Shown: positions 9,694 through 19,650 of the stretch, one piece after another
Position numbering within the stretch: position 1 is the first letter of the stretch
Layout of the letters: each line of letters opens with the position of its first letter
IMG/VR virus record: IMGVR_UViG_3300036796_000061
Span: 719 to 64,718 of that record
DNA length: 64,000 nucleotides
Reading direction: 5' to 3' (one strand)
Origin: a virus
Taxonomy: Duplodnaviria > Caudoviricetes
Notes under the pieces: generated by a model
What the model saw: only the letters and a program-made list of their open reading frames with translations
The model's database searches: none
What the model was told of the DNA's origin: nothing
Position numbers and translations under genes: made by a program

Positions 9694-10509
9694 TTATATT
9701 CTTTCCGGCTTTCTGACCGGTGTTATTGTATGTCTGCAGTTGGGGTGGAAAATTTCACGCTTCGGCAACTCGTCAATTAATGGATACTTACCTGGGGCCT
9801 TTGCTAAAAAACGAACAACTTTACCCTCCCACTTTGCACAATCATCAGTAGCGTTGTGGCGAGATATAACCCCGTAATATACGTCTCTATCTATAGCGTC
9901 ATTGATAGCTGTTTTTCGTTGGGTTTCTGCCATCTTAGTCCTGACTACCATTTCGGCGTATACTTCAGGTTTTTGCACAGTTCCATCGGCATAAATAATT
10001 CCTGACTTTGTTGCCTCGTCTAATCGATTTAGTAAATCGCGTTTTAACGTTTGTGTTCCGTTAACACCGCGTGTTAAATTAGAGCGAACCATCTCAGCAG
10101 CAGCACTACGAATGCCTCCGACCAGATTTGGCTCCATATGTTTTGTAACTTGCAACAAGTCCTCTTGCGTGTCAGCAACTGCAGTTTTAATAAAGTCGGT
10201 GTTTAACTTATTAAAGCTAACTATAGCGCGTGCTTCCTGCATGGACTGCGCTAAACCTAAAGAAACAAGTGATAAAGCAACGCCGTCTGTAGCAGCTACC
10301 GGGATATTACTTGTTACCCACTCCATTGCCTTATCATCAAGTTCAGATATGATCCGTTTAATCTCTAACTCTGTCGCTTTTGCTTGGGAGCGTTCAAAGT
10401 TGCTAAGGTCAAGACGTAGTAATTCGTTAGAGATATCGTTCAAAGCTTCCTCGTAATAACCCCGTAAAACTGCGACATTATACTCGTATGTCGGTGTCGG
10501 AATTGCCAA
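9694..10509 (-). CDS. Minor capsid protein (head morphogenesis)
   Basis: YAEMVVRT, C..WEG and IFHPNCRH motifs; TTG start after GGAGGTG. Confidence 0.8.
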   Translation of the reverse strand: MAIPTPTYEYNVAVLRGYYEEALNDISNELLRLDLSNFERSQAKATELEIKRIISELDDKAMEWVTSNIPVAATDGVALSLVSLGLAQSMQEARAIVSFNKLNTDFIKTAVADTQEDLLQVTKHMEPNLVGGIRSAAAEMVRSNLTRGVNGTQTLKRDLLNRLDEATKSGIIYADGTVQKPEVYAEMVVRTKMAETQRKTAINDAIDRDVYYGVISRHNATDDCAKWEGKVVRFLAKAPGKYPLIDELPKREIFHPNCRHTITPVRKPERI

Positions 10510-12058
10510 CTTTAGCACCTCCGCTAATCGCTTTCTCGTCTTCCGAAATACGTGTTATAATTTCGCCAGCCTTGTCGTCGTCAACCGCATCCATACGTTT
10601 AATGGACGTTTTGACGTCGATAGTCGCTTTGCCGCCGGTTCTAATCTGCATGATTTCCGCAAGCTCTTTCTCATTCGTCGGGATTCCGTCTTGCCATGTT
10701 ATGGTCGGATATGTTGGTTTAAATTTCGCCTCTCCGTGCGCTATATCGAGTAGTTGGCACGAATATAAAGCGTCACGAATCGCTCTATCGTAATGCGTCC
10801 GTATGCGATTTACTTTCGAAAGGATAGGCAAGAATCGCGCTTTAATCGAACCACTGTCTGTGTGCGACGTTCCTGTTCCGCCTGAGTTATCGCCAAGCAC
10901 CGTTCCAAATAACCATTGCGGAGTTTCCGCGATTTGGAATGCCAGCGCAAGCAATACTTCGAGCTCTTTAAACGCTGAGTTAAGTTGTCCGTCCCACGTC
11001 ATATATCCTGGCGTTGGGTCTTCCGGACCGATTGGAAAGAACTTACCGCCGAATCGCATGGAAGGTCCGCCTTCTCCGGGATCAGGTCCGTATGCTGTCG
11101 GGTCGCTATGTTTCCAAAGGATATAATCGATTTGTACTAAACGATCGTTTATCGCAGCTAGTATCGAGTCGAGCTTTTCAAGTCCGCCAATACCTTCCCA
11201 GTCGTCGTCAACCGATTTATACGGGATATGATGGACTAACATTTGCGGAACGCCTGTCGCTACGATGTCTTCTTGGCGTCCTGTTGGCACTCTTTCGCCG
11301 ATAATATAATATTGCAACGGATATCCATACGAGTTGTCCACGTTACCTTCGCCTTCGTTAAGGATATAGCGCTCGTACTTAATGTATCCGGGAATATGTC
11401 GCTCCACGTTTAAGAAAGGAACCTCGCTGTTACGGCTAACCACGTATTCAACTGTCGCTATGTTGACGGCCTTAAACGTTTTAATATTGCCGCGCGATGT
11501 TTCCGGGAAAACGCAATCAGCGCTGACGTGCTCAATGATCGGCTCCATTTTCGTATCTTCAGGTATGCTTCCGCCCATCTTAAGGACTTCCGAAAAGTCT
11601 TGGCGGTAGTCGTAGCGTACTTTCAGCCATGAGTCGCCGCGATACCCATTACCTACGCAGCTTTCGTGAATCTGCTTAACCAGGTCGTTCTCTTCGACGT
11701 AACTAGTTAGCGCCTTCTGTTCCGGACTACTATCAGGCAGGCCCGATTCGAATCCCGGAGGCTCTCCGACAAGTAAATCAGCCGGCTTGGTTACGATGAT
11801 ATCCGGAATATTTGCCGCGATGTAAAGCTTCTTAAGTTGCTCGGCGTGCGGCGTATCCTTTAAGATTTCCGTAGCCCGCTCGTATACTTCCGCTTGACGA
11901 CCTTCGAATATGCGCTTCATTCGTTTATATTTCGAAATACGTTCACGCGAATTGGCCGGCGGGAATTGTTCGCCTGGCTGAAACGTGCTATACGTATACT
12001 GTGCATTTGTTTCGTTCAGCTTCTCGATTTCTTTTTTATCTCGTCCGAATATCGACAT
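10478..12058 (-). CDS. Portal protein (SPP1-type)
   Basis: 526 aa after the terminase; LYIAANIP, YMTWDGQL and ITWQDGIP motifs. Confidence 0.85.
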   Translation of the reverse strand: MSIFGRDKKEIEKLNETNAQYTYSTFQPGEQFPPANSRERISKYKRMKRIFEGRQAEVYERATEILKDTPHAEQLKKLYIAANIPDIIVTKPADLLVGEPPGFESGLPDSSPEQKALTSYVEENDLVKQIHESCVGNGYRGDSWLKVRYDYRQDFSEVLKMGGSIPEDTKMEPIIEHVSADCVFPETSRGNIKTFKAVNIATVEYVVSRNSEVPFLNVERHIPGYIKYERYILNEGEGNVDNSYGYPLQYYIIGERVPTGRQEDIVATGVPQMLVHHIPYKSVDDDWEGIGGLEKLDSILAAINDRLVQIDYILWKHSDPTAYGPDPGEGGPSMRFGGKFFPIGPEDPTPGYMTWDGQLNSAFKELEVLLALAFQIAETPQWLFGTVLGDNSGGTGTSHTDSGSIKARFLPILSKVNRIRTHYDRAIRDALYSCQLLDIAHGEAKFKPTYPTITWQDGIPTNEKELAEIMQIRTGGKATIDVKTSIKRMDAVDDDKAGEIITRISEDEKAISGGAKVGNSDTDIRV

Positions 12059-12078
12059 CTAGCGTCCTCCTTTCGTTT

Positions 12079-13842
12079 TTATAGCCACGAAGGCTTATCT
12101 ATGATCTGACGCCTCGCTTGCTGAGAGACGCGAATGGAAATTTCGGTAGCATCTGGACCATCGTCGTGCGATCCGCTGCCGTAGCGTTCAAATTGTTCGA
12201 GCAACATCGAGTGCTTGCGGCTGAATTGAATTTTCTTCGTTTCAATATCCGGCAGCATCGACTCAATACGTAATTCCTTGCGCGAACGCTGATATATTTT
12301 CTTGACGCGATTATGTGCGGGATAGCCCGAGTGATATAGCGCCTCTTTTAGCTTATCGACGAAGAATTCCTGCGCCATCTGAGCTTCCGCTCCAATTACG
12401 TCAGGCTGCCACTTCAACGATTTCTCGACGATAACCTTCATGTAAGCGTCCGGGTGAAGCCGCTCGATAAACGAATCGACAACGTAATGAACACCCGTCT
12501 CTTTATGCTTTGCGGATATTGTAATCGCAGAAAAGTCGCCACGGGCCGTCTTGCCCATTGCGAAATCGACACCCATCGAAATAACATACTGACTATGCGG
12601 AAATTCTCGGTTAGGATCCACGTCATCCCAATACGTAAAGTTAGCCGGGTTGAAAATCATCGACTCTTCATCGACCGGATTGTTTTGATACTCAGTGTTG
12701 AAGGCTTTGCTTCCGTTGTCCCACTTCCACGTCATTAACTTCCATAACGGCTGTACTTCGGGCCATAATACGACTGAGCCTTCGTGCATGGCGACTTTAT
12801 TTTCTTCGTAAAACGCCTTGGCTTCGTCTAGTCTCTTCGGATTCTCGCGGTCTGTATATATCTCACGACAACGTTCCCATAGCTCGCCATTTACCGGCGA
12901 CTCAACGATAGCGCGATAAATTTTCGTAGTGAAATCCGACCGCTTATAGAGAATGTGCATAAGTAGCGATTCCCAGTGAACCGTAGTCCCCATGTATATC
13001 GTAGCTGTTCGCTCGCCTTTCGGATCCCCTAACGGCATGACAACGGATTGGAACCATTCGCGAAGCTTTGTCCGCTGTTCCTCAGTTGCCGCGTTCGTCT
13101 TGGCGTCTTCCAAGTCATCGCAAACGACAAGATCCGGCCGCGAGCCGTTCCAGTTACGCCCACGAAGTGCTTGCCCTGTCGATGCCGCTTCTATTTTCGT
13201 AAGCTGACGTTTGTTACCGTCTGGCTTCGGTTCCCATGCGATAAACTCGGCGTTATTGTCTTTCGGATTCTCCTGCTGCTTAACGCTGAGAATTGGCCCG
13301 AAGTCCGCGCGAAGCTTATCGTTATGTTTTAACTGTGTCGCCAGCCATTCCAAGTTGGGTCCGGATACTGACGGCGTTTCCGAGATAATGATGATGTATT
13401 TCCGCTTACGAAAAACGACCTCATGTAACGGAAAGGATTTCGTTAAGTACGAACTTTTTGCGTGGGACCTCGGGGCTGCGACCGCCGTCTTTGCGTTAGG
13501 CTTCGTCGTTGAAACCTCGTTCATGATGTCGCATATCTCCTTGTGGAACTGCGCCGCATCTTCACGCCTGCTTATGTCGAAGCCTTCCCAGTTGCCCGCG
13601 TTGCCAGGATTCTTAGCCTCCGAAAAGTATTCGATGCTGAATTCGAGCAAATCGCGCTCGCACCGGTGTATCCGCTCTAAACGGGCCAGCTCGCGACAAG
13701 CCGCTAGGTAGTCCGCCATTAAGTCGGCATCCATCGTTGAGGCATCCGGGTACTTCTCGTCGAGCGCATCTTTATATTCGCGATAGGTGGCGATCATTTC
13801 CGCACGCTCAGCCGTATCAATCCATCGTCCATTCCATGCGAT
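12079..13842 (-). CDS. terL: Terminase large subunit (probable non-AUG start)
   Basis: APRSHAKS Walker A, LRGRNWNGSRPDLVVCDDLE Walker B, GVDFAMG and HDDGPDA nuclease motifs. The SD AAGGAGG lies 8 nt before ATC 13842; ATG 13797 lacks an SD. Confidence 0.9.
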   Translation of the reverse strand: MAWNGRWIDTAERAEMIATYREYKDALDEKYPDASTMDADLMADYLAACRELARLERIHRCERDLLEFSIEYFSEAKNPGNAGNWEGFDISRREDAAQFHKEICDIMNEVSTTKPNAKTAVAAPRSHAKSSYLTKSFPLHEVVFRKRKYIIIISETPSVSGPNLEWLATQLKHNDKLRADFGPILSVKQQENPKDNNAEFIAWEPKPDGNKRQLTKIEAASTGQALRGRNWNGSRPDLVVCDDLEDAKTNAATEEQRTKLREWFQSVVMPLGDPKGERTATIYMGTTVHWESLLMHILYKRSDFTTKIYRAIVESPVNGELWERCREIYTDRENPKRLDEAKAFYEENKVAMHEGSVVLWPEVQPLWKLMTWKWDNGSKAFNTEYQNNPVDEESMIFNPANFTYWDDVDPNREFPHSQYVISMGVDFAMGKTARGDFSAITISAKHKETGVHYVVDSFIERLHPDAYMKVIVEKSLKWQPDVIGAEAQMAQEFFVDKLKEALYHSGYPAHNRVKKIYQRSRKELRIESMLPDIETKKIQFSRKHSMLLEQFERYGSGSHDDGPDATEISIRVSQQARRQIIDKPSWL

Positions 13843-13963
13843 AATAATCGCCTCCTTTTTCGCAGTGATTTAGCCGTTCTAGCCGCGAAAGGTACGAATA
13901 CCCTCGCAAAGCTTTAAAACGTCCATATGCGTTTAATTTCGTGTGATTATCGTTATGATATCG

Positions 13964-13992
13964 TTGACACATCCGAATATTTATCGTAAGAT
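13964..13992 (+). promoter_or_regulatory. SigA-type promoter of the tyrosine recombinase
   Basis: TTGACA-17 nt-TAAGAT. Confidence 0.65.
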
Positions 13993-14037
13993 GAATGTAA
14001 CATAAAAGAAACGGCGTACATTTGGCGCCAGAAGGAG

Positions 14038-14574
14038 TTGTTTTCGCCCATGAACGAAGTCCAACCGTTAAAATCCATCCGCGACATTAACCGTATGAGG
14101 AAAGCTATGCACGGCCGCGATCTTTTGCTATTCAACCTCGGCATTAATACCGCGCTGAGGATTAGCGATTTACTTACGTTAACAGCCTCCGACGTGGCTG
14201 GCGATTATATAACCCTTCGTGAAGGTAAGACGAAGAAATCCAAACGCATCAAGATTAACGCCGCCGCCCGCGAAGCTATTCGCCAACTAGCTCCGGATGA
14301 GGGTCCGCTGTTCCCTTCGCGTAAAGGCGGAAATGCTATCTCCCGCGTGCAAGCTTACCGTCTGCTCAACGCTGCTGCCGAAAGGGCTGGCGTAACTGTA
14401 GAAATCGGCTGCCATTCGCTTAGGAAGACCGCCGGCTATCATACGTATAAGAAGACGGGCGACATTGCGCAGGTCATGCGTATGTTAAACCACTCGACCG
14501 AAGCCGATACGCTTAGATATATCGGAATTACACAAGATACGATCGACGAAACGTATGAAGCGTTATGTTTATAG
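14038..14574 (+). CDS. Small catalytic-domain-only tyrosine recombinase
   Basis: Complete R (LRISD), K, HxLR (HSLRK), H (LNHS), Y (RYIG) set; 174-178 aa; antisense within the packaging module. Confidence 0.9.
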   Translation: MFSPMNEVQPLKSIRDINRMRKAMHGRDLLLFNLGINTALRISDLLTLTASDVAGDYITLREGKTKKSKRIKINAAAREAIRQLAPDEGPLFPSRKGGNAISRVQAYRLLNAAAERAGVTVEIGCHSLRKTAGYHTYKKTGDIAQVMRMLNHSTEADTLRYIGITQDTIDETYEALCL

Positions 14575-15122
14575 AAATCCGAAAGGCCCTCACTGGAATG
14601 GCGGGGGTTCTTTTCGTATGTAACCACCTAAGGCGGTTTTATTGCCACGAAAGTCCCACCGTTAGGCATTCGGTAGGAAGTCCGCAAAAGCCAAAGTGAA
14701 AATTTTGTGCGCCGATTGGTTCCGGACCAGAAGACGCGATTCTGTCGGGCGGGCTTGGGGGATCACGGCGGTGCATACGCCACTCACTCCGCTGCATACC
14801 CGATGTAACAAAGAGGTTTTGTGTTACGTTAAGAATCGCTTTAAATCAACGTTTCAAGCGCTGAATGAACGCTACTAAGTTTATACATCGTAAGAACAGC
14901 GATACAACAACGTTTATCATGACGTCCAACTCCGGCCCTTCTGCATACAATCGTGCATATAAACAGCGCAGGTCAAAGTGTTTGAGGCGCGTGTCCATCA
15001 GGAGCTTCGTGCAGGTAATCTGGCGTATCTACTCGCCCTGCTCCCCGTACTATCCCTCGCCCCGTACCGACTGCTACCGCCACACTCACCGTCTTCCTTC
15101 TATTATATGTCCCTACGCGAAC

Positions 15123-15509
15123 CTACTCGGTAGCCCCGCTATTACGAATCCGCTCTATCTCGGCCCGCATACCATCTATATCCGCAGTAGCACCGCCCTT
15201 AGCTTCGACTTCCACCCGCTCAGTAAGTAAGCCCTGCGCCTGCAATAGCGTCCTGAACATCGCTGCGTTACCGTCATTAATAATATGATCCGGCACTGAC
15301 GCCATTACTTCCGGCAGCCTGTCGATCGTATCACGCATAATCTGGCGCTTAAGCTCATCGTTAAAGGCGTCGTCTTTCCGCCATTCCTGTAGAGTAGAGC
15401 GAGCGATGCCGACCTCTTCCGCCACTTGCTCGTAGGTAAGGCCTGCGCGCTTAGGTTGCGATAGTATAGCGATGGCTGCGTACTGCTTTTCGTTTAATCG
15501 TTTCGCCAT
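15123..15509 (-). CDS. Terminase small subunit (phBC6A51-type HTH)
   Basis: KRLNEKQYAAIAILSQPKRAGLTYEQVAEEVGIARSTLQEWRKDDAF; upstream of terL. Confidence 0.7.
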   Translation of the reverse strand: MAKRLNEKQYAAIAILSQPKRAGLTYEQVAEEVGIARSTLQEWRKDDAFNDELKRQIMRDTIDRLPEVMASVPDHIINDGNAAMFRTLLQAQGLLTERVEVEAKGGATADIDGMRAEIERIRNSGATE

Positions 15510-15858
15510 GTTACGTCCTCCTTTCCGGACTGATGTCCGATAATTACCGATTTGCTTCTATACTATAGTGCGTGAGAATGCATATAAGTCAAGGTAATAA
15601 CGGTAGGTATCCGCAGTTATTACCGTTAAGTCTTACGACTTAAAAACATAGCAAGCCGCCACTGACGTGACGACCTTGCCTACTATATCCCCTTTTCGCT
15701 AGCCCTTTAACTAAAACGAATAGTTGGCGCCGAATGAACCACGCTCTTAGGTGAATGGAGGCGCAGGTACTTAGAATACGTTTGTCTGATTAAGAAGGAT
15801 AGAAACGCGAAAAACCCCCACAAACCGCGTCATATCAACGTTTGTAGAGGTTTTCGTA

Positions 15859-15912
15859 TGCACCGTAAAAGCAGGGTATTTCGCCAATATTGCACCGTAA
15901 AAGCAGGGTATT
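15859..15912. repeat. Two exact 22-bp direct repeats (iteron-like)
   Basis: TGCACCGTAAAAGCAGGGTATT at 15859-15880 and 15891-15912, 32-bp period, abutting the stop of the Rep-like gene. Confidence 0.9.
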
Positions 15913-15914
15913 AT

Positions 15915-16844
15915 TTACGCGAACAGTACTTTGATAGCGCCAAGCGACTCCGCAGGTCCTGCGAACACCACTCTCGGATTAACGACGATACGCTTTTGCC
16001 TCCGATCGTGCACGTTATGCGGCAACCAGAACACCGGCTGGCCATCGATACTGATCCCTTCGAGAACCCTTCGTAGCTTATTCGTATCCCTATATCCGAG
16101 CAACGCCGCCAGGTTTTCGATATTCATAGGGCGTAGTTCGTCCGTATCTTGGTCCTGCGGATTAAAGCAGACGACGTTCGTGCGGAAGTTGAGGAACGGT
16201 AGCACCGCGTATATTATCGCCAGCTGCGCCGTCTTCTTCCCCTTATATATTGCGTAAAGGTCCCGCACAGTCTTCCGGAACATTCGCGTGTGATTATACT
16301 CGTCTAACTTGTAGCCGGCGTCCTTCAATCGTCCGCGGAAGAATACGCTAGGATTAATATGGATTTCGCCGTTTTGCTCCTGTACGATATCCGCGTCGAT
16401 TAACTTGCGATAGAACTCCGCGAACCTGTTACGACTGATTCCGATTAACGTTTCCAGCGCCCGACGGTCGATTACCCTTCCGTTGTCATGCTGCAGACGT
16501 CCGGTCTGATACCCGGTATATGTGCCGATAAACATTAGGCGCGCGAGATCCGGCTGTGTGAACGTAGGATAACGATCGGCCATCGTCTGGCAGCTCTCGA
16601 AGAACGCGAATACGAAGTGCCCGTTCTCCAATTCGTGCGTGCTTAATTCGTCTACAGCGCGTAAAGCTTCGTGCTGAGCTGGCGTTGTTTTAACGGATAT
16701 CTCCGCTAAGTGCGACTTATCTACGCCATACTGATCGTATACTCTTCCGTCCTGTACTACAGCGTTCTCCTTTAGCGCAAGGACCCCGCGTTTAATATTC
16801 GGCGCTAAGTTGCTCCACTGGCGTTGTTCTTCGATTCTACTCAT
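15915..16844 (-). CDS. Tandem winged-helix, plasmid-replication (RepL-like) protein
   Basis: Two repeats of wHTH-like segments ending HINPSVFFRG and VVNPRVVFAG; followed by iteron-like repeats. Confidence 0.5.
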   Translation of the reverse strand: MSRIEEQRQWSNLAPNIKRGVLALKENAVVQDGRVYDQYGVDKSHLAEISVKTTPAQHEALRAVDELSTHELENGHFVFAFFESCQTMADRYPTFTQPDLARLMFIGTYTGYQTGRLQHDNGRVIDRRALETLIGISRNRFAEFYRKLIDADIVQEQNGEIHINPSVFFRGRLKDAGYKLDEYNHTRMFRKTVRDLYAIYKGKKTAQLAIIYAVLPFLNFRTNVVCFNPQDQDTDELRPMNIENLAALLGYRDTNKLRRVLEGISIDGQPVFWLPHNVHDRRQKRIVVNPRVVFAGPAESLGAIKVLFA

Positions 16845-16905
16845 AATATCGTCCCCTTTTCGATATAATCAGGCAAAAGAAAAGCCCGCGCGAGGCGAGC
16901 GTATT

Positions 16906-17970
16906 TCATTCCGTTAGTTTTCGTTCAGCAATCTCGTCCTCGACAGCTTCTAAGCGTTGATTAGATATCTGTATATATTCTGATTCGCGTTCAAATCCGA
17001 TAAAGTTTCGGTTAGTGAGGACGGATGCTACCGCTGTCGTTCCGCTACCCATGAAACAGTCAAGAACGACATCGCCGGTATTAGAAGAGTGTAGAATGAC
17101 ATTCTCGATAAGCTCGACCGGCTTAGGTGTTATATGCCCTTGTTTTTGAGCAATTTCGTAATTCCATACGGAGTGATGCGTACGCTGGTTGTTGTATGTG
17201 TAGCGCTCGCCCTCATATTGATCCACCAATTCGACGTAGGAAGCTCGTAGTCTTTCGAACTCATCCGTTAGGCTTTCAAAACTACGTGTTTCAAAGGAAG
17301 CAACGTCTACATACTTTACTAGTTCTGAGTACGTATCCTTTGTCGGAAGGCCCCACTGAGACGATTTATAACGAAGGCAATGATCCACTCGTTGGCCCAC
17401 TAATTCGATTAGCTTTTTCTTCGTCAAACCAGTCGACTTGTGTAGTTCGCAAAAATAATCGCGAAGTTTTTTAAAGTTAGTAACGTCTAACCTAACCCGC
17501 TCCCATCCCGTATCCCCGTACTCAACTCCGCTGGGTTTCACGTAATATAAGAGATACTCCGTCATTTGTTGGTAGTTACGCAACCCTTCTGGCTCAATAA
17601 AGCCGTCTAGGAATCCTTTATTTCTAGCACCATCAAACCGCTTATTCCATACGATAAACTGCTTAAACTCAAAAGATGTCTCGTCCACAGCACTCATCAG
17701 CTTCCGAATCTGCATCATATCGTTATGAAAAAAGTAAAACGATCCATTTGGTTTTAGTACGCGTTCACACTCCGTAAACACTTCGCTCATAAATTCTACG
17801 TACTCATCGACTGTTTTCCATTTATCCCAACGCTTATCTTTTCCGATATTATAAGGCGGATCAATAACGATTAAATCCACACTATCGTCCATAATTAGCC
17901 GCATCCCCTCCAAGCAATCGCGTTGATAAATCCGGTTTAACTCCAAACTCCCTAGTAATTGTTTCGCCAT
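16906..17970 (-). CDS. DNA amino-methyltransferase (N6-A/N4-C, beta class)
   Basis: DPPY near the N terminus, HITPKP and VLDCFMGSGTT near the C terminus; no cognate endonuclease nearby. Confidence 0.9.
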   Translation of the reverse strand: MAKQLLGSLELNRIYQRDCLEGMRLIMDDSVDLIVIDPPYNIGKDKRWDKWKTVDEYVEFMSEVFTECERVLKPNGSFYFFHNDMMQIRKLMSAVDETSFEFKQFIVWNKRFDGARNKGFLDGFIEPEGLRNYQQMTEYLLYYVKPSGVEYGDTGWERVRLDVTNFKKLRDYFCELHKSTGLTKKKLIELVGQRVDHCLRYKSSQWGLPTKDTYSELVKYVDVASFETRSFESLTDEFERLRASYVELVDQYEGERYTYNNQRTHHSVWNYEIAQKQGHITPKPVELIENVILHSSNTGDVVLDCFMGSGTTAVASVLTNRNFIGFERESEYIQISNQRLEAVEDEIAERKLTE

Positions 17971-18067
17971 TCCTTCGTTCCCCTTTCGTTTATCCGACGC
18001 CGAAACGCCGGAATATATCTCCTCGTATATAAAGGCGGCTGAGCACCTAAAAAGTGGATGCGACTAA

Positions 18068-18550
18068 TTACTCATTTTCTCGCAAATTCCACGTAATCAC
18101 CGGCTGCACCTTAGTAAATTCCTTGTACTTCTGCCTACGCTCTTTATTTCGCGACCTAGCCTTCTTATCAATCAGCAGGTTTTCGTACCCATTACGCACT
18201 CTACGGTCAGGCTTCTCGTGCTTTCCTCCGTCCGCAGCGTTCATACTCATCCGATCTCCGCCGATCGCTATTTCCTTACTTTCGCGGCGATCAAACTGGG
18301 ACTCGCTAAGAAACGGATACTCGGTCTGCGAAACTTTGTGCTCGTTCATATCCGTCAACTCCTCGTGCAAAATCAGGTCGGCCAAGCGCTCTAACGCCAC
18401 GCTATCCGGCATCTCGCCAGCCAAACGATAATAGTCTTCCGTCAGCTGCTCAATCTTTTCAATCCGGAGCTCGCGAGGGAATTCGCCTCGCTTGGTAGCC
18501 GCCTGTAACTTCGTTATATCTTCGTGTAATTGCGTTTTATAATCCGTCAT
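18068..18550 (-). CDS. Hypothetical protein, coupled to the sigma region-4 gene
   Basis: 160 aa; ATGA overlap with the upstream gene. Confidence 0.6.
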   Translation of the reverse strand: MTDYKTQLHEDITKLQAATKRGEFPRELRIEKIEQLTEDYYRLAGEMPDSVALERLADLILHEELTDMNEHKVSQTEYPFLSESQFDRRESKEIAIGGDRMSMNAADGGKHEKPDRRVRNGYENLLIDKKARSRNKERRQKYKEFTKVQPVITWNLRENE

Positions 18551-18918
18551 ATTACTTCCCCCTCATATCCTTCGTTATGGCCGCTCCAATAGTAGTAAAT
18601 TTCCGCGATAGCTTCTACCGCATTATCGACGTGCTGATCTACGGCCTGCTTCGTCGTTCCGCCCATTAATTTACCGGCGCTCTCTAGCGTCAAATCCTCC
18701 ACGTAGACCAGCCGTAATGCCTCCGCCTGCCGCACCGTTAGCCCAGCCTTAGAGATTGCCGATTTTAAATCGAGTAAGATTACTGAGGCGTCTACATCTC
18801 CGGTGAATCTGCGCTCGCTCAGCGCGTGGTAGTCGGCGAGCAACCGTTTGACGCCCGCCGCCGTATTCAATGCGATATAGCGTGGATTTTCCGGCTTGAC
18901 CGTTGCTCCTGCGCCCAT
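18547..18918 (-). CDS. Sigma-70 region-4 HTH protein, probable late-gene regulator
   Basis: GLTVRQAEALRLVYVEDLTLESAGKLMGGTTKQAVDQHV HTH; upstream of the packaging genes. Confidence 0.65.
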   Translation of the reverse strand: MGAGATVKPENPRYIALNTAAGVKRLLADYHALSERRFTGDVDASVILLDLKSAISKAGLTVRQAEALRLVYVEDLTLESAGKLMGGTTKQAVDQHVDNAVEAIAEIYYYWSGHNEGYEGEVI

Positions 18919-19572
18919 TTAGTTCGCCTCGCTTTCACAAATCTCTACGATATGCCTGCATAGTTCATCCGGAATCCTACTACGTTCCATCGCGTTTTTC
19001 CGTCCTTGTGTGCCTGTCTTCGAGCCCCGCGGAGCTGCTTCGTGGCAAGGTGCGCCATTCTTACACATCGGCCGGAAGTTAGGCGCTGGGTGATTCGTCC
19101 AGAGGTCGGTCGGTTTCATGCGATCATCACCGTATTGGCAATACGTTACCGTGTACCGCGGCAGGTCCGCCATAAACCACATCTTCCGCATGCCTCCGCG
19201 CGGGTTTTCGATGAAGTAGTAAGTCGGATCCAGCTCGCGGATTAACGCCAACATGTTCGCGTTCACCTTATCGCAAAACTTCGCGTAATCGCTTTTAGGC
19301 GCCAGATTACCGTCCGGCTCCCGAGTTCGATGATGCGAAATGGCTGCGATGGAATACGACGTACAGTCCGGGCTTGCCCAAATTACGTCAGGCCGGCCGA
19401 AGCGCTCGAGTATGTCCTGCGCCGTAATCGTGCCGATGTCCGCGAACCAATCGATGTTGCCGTGCTTTTCGTCCCATTCGACGCTATATACTTCGTGGCC
19501 CGCCGCTTCGAAAGCCTTGCCGATACTGCGCGTGCCGGCGAACAATTCGAGACATTTTAATTTCTTCGTCAT
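18919..19572 (-). CDS. Compact C5-cytosine DNA methyltransferase-like protein
   Basis: LELFAG (motif I), WASPDC (motif IV), FIENP (motif VI); true start ATG 19572 after GGAGGCGGAGG; 217 aa. Confidence 0.75.
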   Translation of the reverse strand: MTKKLKCLELFAGTRSIGKAFEAAGHEVYSVEWDEKHGNIDWFADIGTITAQDILERFGRPDVIWASPDCTSYSIAAISHHRTREPDGNLAPKSDYAKFCDKVNANMLALIRELDPTYYFIENPRGGMRKMWFMADLPRYTVTYCQYGDDRMKPTDLWTNHPAPNFRPMCKNGAPCHEAAPRGSKTGTQGRKNAMERSRIPDELCRHIVEICESEAN

Positions 19573-19650
19573 TCCTCCGCCTCCTTGATAATTTCGTTTT
19601 ATTTGCGTATACTTAACGTATAAATGAAGTTGTGAAAAGGACGTGCTACT

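Noticed and set aside
16906-19572. Restriction-modification system
   Set aside because: Neither methyltransferase has an adjacent endonuclease; they are treated as orphan anti-restriction enzymes.
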